From assembly GCA_002269645.1 (NCBI GenBank), contig NIVC01004779.1, positions 1 to 35,140 on the forward strand: a stretch of 35,140 nucleotides of DNA. The letters are read 5' to 3'. This document shows, piece after piece, positions 20,536 through 31,100 of this stretch. The notes under the pieces are model-generated. The model worked only from the letters and a program-made list of their open reading frames with translations, had not been told where the DNA came from and ran no database searches. The translations under genes and the position numbers were made by a program. The number at the start of each line of letters is the position of its first letter. Position 1 is the first letter of the stretch. The DNA is from Macrostomum lignano. Taxonomy: Eukaryota.

Positions 20536-21050
20536 CTCAAGGACCACTGAAGTCACTTCGTTAGGTAGTCTTCTAAAGTAGTCCTTGTGTCCTCTCTTGA
20601 GTTCCCAGAGGGTGACAAAATGAGCACTTTAGTGACAATGGCAACCGTTCTTTAGCTAGGCAGATGTTTTGGACCTTCAATCGGTGACTATGGACATCCG
20701 GCTTCGAATTTCTCTAATGTCGTTTATCAAGCCTTGACGCTGGAAAACATTTCCTAGTATAAAAAACAGTAGAAATTTATTCCTACTATTAAATGTCAAA
20801 GATTCTTTTGTGCAAGCTGATCGTTTAAATTAATGAAGCCCGACTGTCACTTCCAGGCACTGTTCAGCATCAATAACTTTTCACAAATTGAACATGCTCT
20901 GTCGTGTTGTCCCCAAGCGCGAAGCGAAGGCCTTAAAAGTCCTCGATGACACAAGTAGCTTCCACCTGATAGTTGAACTCTCATGCAGAGTCTCGATCGC
21001 GATGCAAAAATCGGCCGACTTGATTGTCTGTAAGGTCAAAAATTGTCTCA

Positions 21051-21765
21051 AAAGGGGATGTGTACTTAAGAGTCTAAATGGAGCCTGAAGCATTGGGTCC
21101 AGATTTCTCTAAGCCAATCCCTTCATTTGGAGCCAAATAGCTCCCGTTGTTCCGAAAACCCGACCACTTTAGCATTTGGGGATCTCTATGGGGAGAAATG
21201 GGATAAATGGGGATTTCATGTGAACTTAAGGCTCTAATGAGCTTCAAATACTTAAATGACGAGATGACCAAGATGACCAGATGACCCGAGCGTTAGCATG
21301 GTCATCACCGATCAACGACTAACCCATCTGGCGACCAGATCCATCAGTCCCAGGACGACCACACCACAGGCTCTGCTGAAGAGGGACAGCTGCACGTCGA
21401 ACATCGCCCGCCGCCGGCAACTTCAGCCGCCCCGACTAAGGATCCTCCCGTCTCATCCCCAGTTACTGCCTCGTCATCTGCTTCATGACGTCAACGCCCT
21501 CCTTACCCCCATGACTGCAATGATGCAGCAGAATCAGCTGCTCATACAACAGCTCACCACTAATACCCATCCTGCCCCGACATCAGCGTCGTCGTCCGCT
21601 ACGAGTGATCGTGATCAGGCCGCTCTCATCCGCTTCACTGTCATTTTAAAGGTTCGTCTCCCGACAATCGACGGCGCTGACCCTGCCGCATTCCCGTAGT
21701 CCCGTATAGAAATCGGGACCCAATGCTTCAGGCTCCATTTTGACTCTTAAGTACACATCCCCTTT
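21051..21765. mobile_element. TIR-bounded element (58-bp TIRs) with gag-like internal fragment
   Basis: 21051-21108 is the reverse complement of 21708-21765 with 2 mismatches; no clear TSD. Confidence 0.75.
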
Positions 21766-21973
21766 GAAAGAGTAATGTCCAAAAGTACACTGACTGTACA
21801 AACCTGTTTAAAAATCATTGCTACGCTCGTAACAAACCCGATTGGGCCAATAGGGCCGATTTTATGTTTGCCTGTCAGAGTTTCTATAACTATAAAAGAG
21901 TCCTATCTGACTGGAGATGCCGAACTGCCTACCACAAACTCAGCTGCTCAAAAACATCTCTCCGAGCAGTGAA

Positions 21974-22712
21974 ATGTTCCGCCCGGCAGCGACTCTCTGC
22001 GTTCTGTTCTGCACTGCCTTCCTGCTGACTTTCGTCACCTGCAGGTTCGTCCGCTTCTCCTACCTGGGATGCTACAAAGACCGATCCTCACCCAGAGACC
22101 TGAACGGGCTCAGTGGAATCAGCAAGATTGGTGGATTTGATGTCGATAACGGGCGAGTCAAAAGTACTACGGAGATGTCGCACGAGCTGTGCAGCGGCAT
22201 CTGCTCGATAGGCAGCTTCCCGTACTTCGGAGTGCAGTATGAAAAAGAGTGCTACTGTGGCCACTCACACGGATCCCATGACTTGGTGAGCGAAGCCAAC
22301 TGCAGCATGGATTGCGTGGGAAACGCAATGCAGAAATGTGGCGGCGGCTACAAAAACTCCGTGTTCTCCCTGAGCTACCCAGGTACTGTTCTGATTTCTA
22401 AGTCTTAGTACCTATAGCCAGAATGAAAGCATGCTAATTATTTAAAAGTTGCATCTTCGTTCAACTTCAGTTTCTGACAACAACATCTACACGGTAGTGA
22501 AGCAGTCCAGCCCTCCCGTGACATCTGGTACGACTTCCGTCTGGCTGGCCGCTGCCCCATCCGTGATGGACTGCCTGGCCCGGTGTAGCGCCAGAGCCGA
22601 ATGCCGGGCCGCCGTTTTCTCCCGACAGGAGCTCGCCTGCCACCTGCTGGAATTCGTGTACCCGCCTGGCCACCTGAGCGGACCCGAGTGGACTCTGTTC
22701 GTACGTGGCTGA
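21974..22712 (+). CDS. Secreted WSC-domain + PAN/apple-like protein, 2 exons (21974-22382, 22471-22712), 216 aa
   Basis: Signal peptide MFRPAATLCVLFCTAFLLTFVTC; WSC motifs YLGCYKD, MSHELCSGIC, YFGVQYEKECYCG, CSMDCVGNAMQKCGG; DCLARCSARAECRAAVF...CHL; phase-1 GT-AG intron. Confidence 0.9.
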
Positions 22713-22811
22713 GCTCGCGAGTGGTGCGCTGACCGACTGGCTTAGTTGAGCATGGACTGAAGCAGACTGTATCAACCCGTCCTTGATGCGCAATCCCACA
22801 TCTTCGAGACA

Positions 22812-22817
22812 AATAAA
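22812..22817 (+). terminator. Candidate poly(A) signal of the WSC gene
   Basis: AATAAA ~100 nt after the stop codon. Confidence 0.5.
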
Positions 22818-23218
22818 GGTTCAACCTAAAAAGCTCTGTTGGTTTTATTGCAGAAAATCTGATTGAAGGGTTCCGTTCGTTTCTGTACTGTTTTTGGCGC
22901 TTAATAACTTCCTCTTGAAAAATCATTAGTAATGGATTTTAAACTTTCCGGATTTTTTTCTATTTGATTAAATTCAAATAAGTATCATTGAGTGGTAAAA
23001 CAAAACAGAATCATTTCAAAAGTACGGATTTTCGCTTTTATTTGTATTTTCTGGATGCTTTTGCTTCCAAAGAGACGGCTGCTTTGTGGAATCGCATTTC
23101 GGCATTACTCTTCTAGGTACTTTGTAGCTTGAAATTACTATGAGAATCAACCTTGGACAAAACATACGCTTGCTTCGTTTGCAATTTTTTAATTCCCAAG
23201 TTGACTTTTTACATAATA

Positions 23219-23459
23219 CCCAGCGACATTAAAAAGTCGCCATCACAGAAGATTCTACCTGTGGTCGCCACTTTTCAGAGTGCAGGTAAAGTCTCTCAAT
23301 CTTTGCGAGTGACGCAACTTAGCTACGCCGCGGCAGGCTTGAGTTGAGGAACGAAGTGGGGGGAGCGGTGTGCGAGGGTTGGACGGATTAAAGCTACCCC
23401 GAATAGTCTAAGAGAAATTGCTCACTGGCGCAGAGTGGCGACCTTTCAATGTTGCTGAG
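23219..23459. mobile_element. TA-target MITE (Tc1/mariner-type), copy 1
   Basis: ~24-bp imperfect TIRs CCCAGCGACATTAAAAAGTCGCCA / TGGCGACCTTTCAATGTTGCTGAG, flanked by TA; colinear with copy 2. Confidence 0.8.
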
Positions 23460-24429
23460 TATACACTAATATACGGTAGCTTTCTTATGTTCTTCCATGA
23501 CTGTAGTTTGTTTGTCCATGGACTCAAGTAACGCTGTAGTTAATCATTCCACACAACCAGCGGTGACGGCATTTCTGCCAATTCAGCTGATTCCTGAGCA
23601 CATGCAAGCTCGCAAATACTGTACACAGGCACGCAATCATGTACACTCTCACATAGGGTACATAGCGAAACTGAATTTATGACCATCAGGCATATACACT
23701 GTCCTGGGGGTTGGACCTGATGCGTGTACGTTCGTGGGAATCATACGACAACACATGTTGCTAATTGTCGTATACAAGACCCAAATTGATGCAGCTGGAA
23801 TCTGGAATCGATTTATCGAACCAGTGGCGCGATCGAGTCAGGTGCGGGTTCTTCTGCTATAAGCAACGTTGCAGCTGCGGAAACGGTCCATGACGCTTAA
23901 CAATAGATCAATTGTTGCTCGCTTCCTGTGGGATTTTTGCTGGATTTCCTTTAGACCGCCCAGGCTTAACTTCCGTCAAGGATGTGTGGGCTAACTTTAC
24001 CATCTTTAGAGCAGCCATCGAAAGCAAAAGATGCATAGCATAAAAGACGACGAAAAACAATAGAAAAGCTTTTCTTCGGAATCTCCTTGGCAAAGTCACA
24101 ATAGTGGAAATAGTTTCCGCAATTCCAACTGTAGAACTATGGAAGTCTGCGGAGCATTGAGCCATTGTTCAGCTATACCCGAAAGATCTCATTTTTAACA
24201 CGCGCCTGGCATGGCTAAAGCCTGTGGCTACCAGAACAATTTTTCAACCAGCATTAGACTTTCGCTTCACTATAGACACCCTATAAGCTTCGATCGATTT
24301 CAAAAGTTAGTCTGTAAAAAATCTGTAAATGGATGGAACAATGGAAAATTAGGCCAGCAAGGAGTGTGATCCGACAGCAATACTGATGTTCCACTAAAGC
24401 TCGGACCCTCAGTGCGCTTCTCTTATCTG

Positions 24430-24480
24430 CAGGGGCGTCGCCACCGGGGGACAGGGGAACATGTCCCTCAGTAAAAGCTA
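24430..24480 (+). mobile_element. Truncated left end of a hAT-like MITE
   Basis: CAGGGGCGTCGCCACCGGGGGACAGGGG resembles the terminus at 445; no right end seen. Confidence 0.45.
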
Positions 24481-24560
24481 TGGGGGCCAGATCTTTGTTC
24501 CCGAGGAATTGTGAAAACCGATGATACCAATGGCGAATACAACTAAAACTTTATTTGTTG

Positions 24561-24598
24561 CACGACATGTTTCGCTGAACACGCAGTATCGTCAGGTA
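24561..24598 (-). ncRNA. Minimal type-I hammerhead ribozyme motif (PLE type), one mismatch in stem II
   Basis: TAC-CTGACGA-T-ACTG-CGTGTT-CAGC-GAA-ACATGT-C|GTG: intact core, palindromic stem III, GUC site, 3-bp stem I. Confidence 0.75.
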
Positions 24599-24600
24599 TA

Positions 24601-24874
24601 CTCAGAAACATCGAAAATTCGCCATCACAGAAGATTCTACCTGTGGTCGCCACTTTTGAGAGTGCAGGTAAAGTCTCTCAATCTCTGGGAGTGACGGAAC
24701 ATAGCTACACCGTGGCAGACTTGAGTTGAGAAATGAAGTGTGGGAGCGGTGTGCGAAGGTTAAACACGGATTAAAGCTACCTCGATCAGTTTTCTCGTAT
24801 CTTTTAGTTCAGAATAGTCCAAAGAGAAAATTGCTCACTGGTACATAGAGTGGCCACTTTTCAATGTTGCTGAG
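24601..24874. mobile_element. TA-target MITE, copy 2 (with ~30-bp internal insert), nested in the Penelope remnant
   Basis: TA TSD at 24599-24600 and 24875-24876; TIR CTCAGAAACATCGAAAATTCGCCA / TGGCCACTTTTCAATGTTGCTGAG. Confidence 0.82.
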
Positions 24875-25236
24875 TAAATTTGTGAGAACCAACACGGACG
24901 CAAAATATAAATTTGAGCACAGTGTACAGATTAGCTATGAATGCGCAAACATAATTTACATAGTCGATGGAACTAGAAGATTCTGAGGTGCACACTGCTG
25001 CCTCTCCCTGCTAGTTGAACGTTTAAGGAGGGTTTGAAATCTTTGATGTGCGTTGACGACACTCTTTTTCTAATACGATCTTATAAGTTGGTTTACCGTA
25101 AGACAACCTCTTTAAGCAAAGACTTAATTAGTTTATTATGTGTAAAATTCAGTTATATTTCGCCAACTTCAGCTTCAAACCAATTGGCAACTTAGATTGA
25201 TCGACCTCTTTATTTAGTAATTACTACATTAATAAA

Positions 25237-25273
25237 TACTGCTAATGCTGTGGGTTCAGCGAACCATGCCGTG
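25237..25273 (+). ncRNA. Decayed second hammerhead copy
   Basis: CTGCTAAT-GCTG-TGGGTT-CAGC-GAACCATGCC-GTG: perfect stem II, mutated core. Confidence 0.55.
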
Positions 25274-25868
25274 CAACAAATAAATATTTAGTTTTATTCA
25301 CCATCGATATCATCGGTATCCACAAATATTCGAAATAAGCAGAATGTATCCTCATACGTTCGGGACTTGTCAAAATAATTAAAATATAATCCAAGATGCG
25401 TTTCCAAGTCATACTAGTGAAATTCCAAACAGCTGTGAATCAGCGCCTACGAGAAAGCGGTGACCTGAGCATTGGCATGAAAGTTGATATTTCATCGAAT
25501 GAAAGTTGGTATTGAAGCTAAATTGTGCTCATTTGTAATGTAGTTAGCGATGGAGCACGGCTGCTCAGTTTTGGATGCTGTGGTCACCACAGTGTATAAA
25601 TGCATCCGACCATGGTCGCTGGACTTTGTAGGCATTGAACTTGAGATGACCGTCCTGCTGTTGATGACAGAAATTACGATCTAAGCAGGGAAGGATCAAA
25701 CAAGCAATGCTTTCGAGTGATCTCCTGCAAAGACTGGGGATACTCGTCCAAAAGTGCAATCTTTACAATCAACAAATTTTTGCCAACAGTCAGTTTTTTC
25801 TTACGTGTCTTTCGTGCATCGCTTCATTGAGCAATTGCCGGTAAGCTGCAGTAACTCGACTAAAGGAC

Positions 25869-26363
25869 TGTGTACCCCCCCCTCCCCCCCAGGGATGAAC
25901 CGGGAGCTGCGAACCCGTCTATTCCTACTCTAATACTGCGAGAGTTCACTGCATAACTCGTTTCCACGCGCGGCACCCCGGTAAGTAAAGAGACTCGCAC
26001 CTGCAGTTTGTCGAAATCCAACAACGCGCCCGAATGCACCGCTAACTGTTGCGTATATTTTGCTATTCACTTCACTACCGTCAGTGGGACACAGGGCGCG
26101 CGCATAAATAGCAAAGCAAAAAGGGTGAGGGTTAAACCGACAGACAAAGCAAGTACACCCAACCCAACTGGCTAGCCAATCACAAGCTGCCGCGGGAAGG
26201 GTGGGGCAACAGAGCTGGCCCGCGCACGAGCTGACCGGGCCCTGGGCAGGCCGTAGCCAGACTAGAGCGAGGCCTATAAAGCCCCCAAACCCCAGTCCGA
26301 CCGGCCAACCCGATGAGAGAAAAGGCCGGGGGAAGCCCTCACTGACGCAGCAAGGCACAAACA
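25869..26363 (-). mobile_element. Solo LTR (495 bp)
   Basis: TG...CA ends (TGTGTAC...ACAAACA), 4-bp TSD GGAC at 25865-25868 and 26364-26367; TATA/CCAAT-like words; orientation inferred. Confidence 0.75.
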
Positions 26364-28058
26364 GGACCAATGCGCTCTTCTTCGGCTAAGGGCATCCGTC
26401 GAAAAGTTGGATAGACGCTGTTGTCATGGCAAAAAATGTATTCTTCCTTTGACAAGCAGCAGTCCCACTGCTCCAAACTTTGGAGGACCAGTTTCATAAT
26501 AAAAGTGTAAATTCTGCTTCATCCAACTACTTTGCAAGACGCTTTTACAGGTCCAAAAAGGACAATTACGTTTTCTGGAAAGATGGAGTTCAAATTTGGC
26601 GGTAGCCCTTCATTTTTAAGACAAAAGATGACAGTGCTTCGCAGTGACTTACATATAGGGGTTTCATTTAGCAGCGCCTTAAAATTATATACTTCGACCT
26701 ATTGGAAGTCTCCGATTGGACTGCATCAACGTCGAATCTCAACATTTGAAACGTCCTTGAACTTCTTGATTGTGTGAGCTAATACGAGCGTAGTATCAAA
26801 TGGAATGCTACATTTGTGGTTCTCTTATACTCGTAAGACAAAAAGGTTCGCAATTGAAATGGTGTTCAATTATCGATCTTTCGGTGGGCGGCAAGCCTTT
26901 TAGCTTATAGCTGTTTATCTGACGAGCTTGCAATGCGAATCAAAGAAAACAAACAATATATGAAGTATTCGATTGGATTTTCCTTCTCACTGTGCTCGCA
27001 AGCACCTACACTTAATCTAATTCAGAGTGAACGAGCTACTCTTGTCATCAACCATTCATGTACTTTAAGCTTTAGCAAGGACTAGGGTGCAGCAAAGCGT
27101 TCATTGATGTCTTCCATCAATTTTTTTGATATATCAACGATATATTTCATTGATGTAACTACATTATAAGCCAATAAAGATTCCAATCAAAGGCTTATAT
27201 ACAGCCGAGCCCACCCAATTCGAACCAAAATACACTTTATGTACTTATTTTTAAGTGTTGTAATTAACAAATGTTGTAGCTCTTAATTTTTTCCCGCATA
27301 CTCTTTTTCGTCTGTATCATGAGATAATACAAATTACTTAGCACATGTACAGTAATGATGGCAGCTTAATATAGATTGATTATATTACAACAGAATTAAT
27401 TCTACAAGGTTTTTTAAAGACATTGACGGTGACGTTGAGAAACGATTATGATGAGACAATCTATTATACTTTGCTCAATATAGTACATTTAATTTGTTTA
27501 CTAGACAACGTCAGAAAGCTGAAAAATGTGCACAATATGTTTAGTTCGTAAAAGTACAAGCGATATTTTTGTCAATAACCGAAACCAAATAAAACAAAAT
27601 ATATTTCAAAGGCAACTTTTTGAGTACAAAAACGCAGTGTGTACAAAAAGGTACAGTTATTAAATCATACATCTAATCGTTGTTATTTTGTTAATGTATA
27701 CGTAAAACAAACGGTAATAATATTAAAACGCTTTTTAGGCTTTATGGTTTTCAACAAAAACTTTTTAGAGAATAAAGTTGTATTTCATTTTTCTACTTTT
27801 AAACCTCAATTCAATTTAATAATTCAACAAAATCTGCATGTCGGCTCACGAAAACGAGAATGGATATCAAGTCGTCTTTTCAAATAAAGTCGATCGGTAG
27901 CTATGCAAAATTACAAAAACTGCATGATAGATAATCGAAAAATAAAGAAAGAACAAAAGAGCAACAGATACATTTTGAACGAAACAGAACGACATGGGTT
28001 GCAATTATTTTTTACTAAACAGATTACTAAATTAGATGATACAAGTACACTTGGAGCT

Positions 28059-28190
28059 TCATCCGACCGTCTCCTTTGTAGTCTGCCTGGTTAGGACGGC
28101 GGCTCTCTTGCCAGCTGTAACTTTTCGCTGAAGTTGCTGCTCTCCGTCACTCAGTTCTGCTGCTTTATCGTCGTCATCTTCAAATCGTTC
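28059..28190 (-). CDS. Candidate terminal exon B of the RGS-like gene
   Basis: CTTTAG acceptor, phase 0, ERFEDDDDKAAELSDGEQQLQRK...TVG*. Confidence 0.55.
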   Translation of the reverse strand, partial: ERFEDDDDKAAELSDGEQQLQRKVTAGKRAAVLTRQTTKETVG

Positions 28191-31100
28191 CTAAAGATTT
28201 GATCAATCGGTTGTTTTTCATTAATTAAATAGATTGTAGAACTTTCTGTTTTCTTATATTCAGTTTTCTTCGTTTCTTGCTTAAAAAATGGTGAGCTTCA
28301 GGTGCCCTAAAAATTGTCCCTCGATATTGGGAAAATCAGGTAAATTTAACTAAAGTGTAACCGAAATCTAGGTTAGTGTAGCTTCCCGTACAACAATATG
28401 TCGTTGGCGACCTCTAGCCGACGTTCTCGACGTCTCTCGACGTCCATGACAAATATGTGCTTTTACATTTACATTATCTGAACGTCGATGTAAAAGCAAA
28501 TGTTTGTCATAGATGTCGATAGGCGTCGGCAATGTTGGCCCACTGGCCGACGTCGGATTACTGTAAGGGGTCTGAGTCTTGAACTGTCCGACCAAAGGCT
28601 GATAATGAGCAAAATTGCTGTAAACATACAGACAAAAAGTCCTATTTTTGTTTAATTTAATTTGGAAAATATAAATTTTTTTATCCATTAGTATCACACG
28701 TAAGTTAGTGAAGGAATAAACAAGTTAGAGATCGTGACGCAAAAAGCAGAAATGACTGTATGAATTTTGAATCAAAACGTTTCACAATTACATAAAACAT
28801 CACATAACAACACTTCAATGTACTGAATTAAGTGAATCAAAGCCTTTCAATTCTGTAATAATTCACTTAATAATTATTTATTGGAAGATTCGTTAGCTCA
28901 GTCAAAAAATAAATTAGGTATATTATTACACGATTACATAGAGTTTCTCAATCACTCAATTCGTTTATAAAAGCTCACTTAAATAAAGCGCGCGTAAAAA
29001 TCGCTCTTTTCGTCGTTTACATATGATGGTTGCCAAAAGTAGTGAAATTTTCCTACTTCTGTTTAATTCTTATCGTAAGCGTTCTACCGTTGCATGCTTA
29101 GATGCATTTCACAGCGACTACTGCCGTAGAACGCTGCACTCGATTTTCTTAGAAATGACCCGAACAGCAATGCGACATTGTCGACTTCGGCAGACGTTCC
29201 CGATGTCTTTGAAATATCTAATTTTTTTTCATCGATGGATAACAAAGTCATGAGTATGGAACGTCGGCCGACGTCGGATTGCTGCTGGGGTGAGCTGGAG
29301 AGCGGTAGTAGTCCGTAATTATGTGTGTCGTATTGCTAGTGTATTTTAGGATGCTTAGAATTTCTTTTTCGCCAAAGAAAATCTCATTCCTGAAAGCATG
29401 CTTCTAGAAATGCACCAGCGAAACAACAAATGCACATTCGTTACCGGCCTTCGACACATATCTTACAAAATCGAGTGGTAGAGTCCTTCGACTTCTGAGA
29501 TTTTAATGAACTGCAGTTTTCGATCGGCCATATCCAGATTATAGGAAGTTCATCATGATTCGAACTTTTTCCAAAAATCCTATTTATGGCGAAATTTTGA
29601 ATCTTCTATGCAGCCGATCGATTCGACATGATTTTCCGATTTTTCGACATGCATCGCTCGACATGTATAAGTTAAAATGGTTACTTAAGAAATCGACAAC
29701 AATTTATCACACTTCAAATTTGTTACAGCTAAAGCCTAATAAAAATCGTTTAAAGTCAGATCGATTTAAAAGAAGAATTCGCGTCTTCTTTCTGTGAGAA
29801 AGGAAATGCGCGCTCTATTTATTAGCTTCATGCTAAAAAAGTTTTTCGAGTGCCACAAACCTTCTCGGTCTCTTATCGTCGTCGTCCTGCATGTATTTTA
29901 AGACATTATTGGCACAAATATTACTAGTAGCTAGTTTTGGAGATCATTTTTTGATAGACAACATCGAGTTACGTATAAAAGCGCACACATTATATAACAC
30001 CATTCGATTAAAAATGATGACTTACACTTCTAACAAATTAAAAAGAGTGTCTCTAAGAGTTATATAAACATTTGTCGAATATTCAAATCGGTACGAGACA
30101 ACGAGCTTAAAAACTTAATCTACAATTCTCAGAACTAATGTTTTAGCTATACTGAAAGGACCAGCTCTGCAACAGTAGTCTCTATGCATAAAACAACAGC
30201 TTAGAAGCACATCATTAAATACAACACTACTCAAAACCATTACAATAATCAAATCTCCCATCACCAGATTTTTATCGCGTTAGCTTATGCAACAGGTTTT
30301 CACTAAAAACAGATTAAGCAGCATTCTACTAGTAACTACTTTTCACGTACGGAATGTACTAAGAATATTTTGCCACATAAATTATGGAGCTCAGTGGATT
30401 ATTGAAGTTTAGGCTGCGTTTTAGCGCGGACTTCAGTAGCAGCTTCAGCGCCTGCCTCTCGGGCAGCAAATTCCTAGGAATAAAAATTAACAAACGAGCG
30501 AACAATTGCAACGAACATACTCAAATTGCTGCGGATTTTTTTGTTACACTATGTCAGAAGTGTGGCACCGATTTGAAAATATAACGAAATGATAGCGAGA
30601 GCATTTAATAGAGCAAAGGGTGAACTGAAATAGATCTGATCTGGGGGTTTAAATGCTTGAAGGTCAAAGAGGATTTAAACAAAAGAAGGCCTGCAATTGC
30701 TAGCGAACGCAAAGATTTTAAGGATGTTTATTCAAGTCTAAATAAAAATCAATAAAAGTATGAAAACTTATTCTACAATGTTTCGTCAAATTTTCGGTGG
30801 AAGCCAGATATAAATTGCTTACCTCATTCTATGGGATAATTAAATAAAAAGTTGCTGTTAAAACAAACTGATGGTAGAAAGTGTACTTCGAAGAAAAATC
30901 GGATACATAAGCTCGTAAATCGTTAAGAACTGGCTTAAAGCTTTAGTTACTGGTAAAAGTTACAGCTGTATATAATAGGGATGACACTATTCATATTCTA
31001 GTAAATCTTCTTGTTTTTAGTACTACTTAGTGCAAATATTACTTGCTGAATATTATTTAACTTTGATTTTAGGGTTTGTATACAATAATTAACACGGAAT

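Larger units (their letters stand above)
24508..25327 (-). mobile_element. Penelope-like element remnant: inverted pseudo-LTR pair around a GIY-YIG C-terminal fragment
   Basis: 24508-24598 (-) aligns with 25237-25327 (+); between them HIKDFKPSLNVQLAGRGSSVHLRIF* (25050-24973, -) resembles the PLE endonuclease C-terminus; hammerhead motif plus AATAAA in each repeat. Confidence 0.8.
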
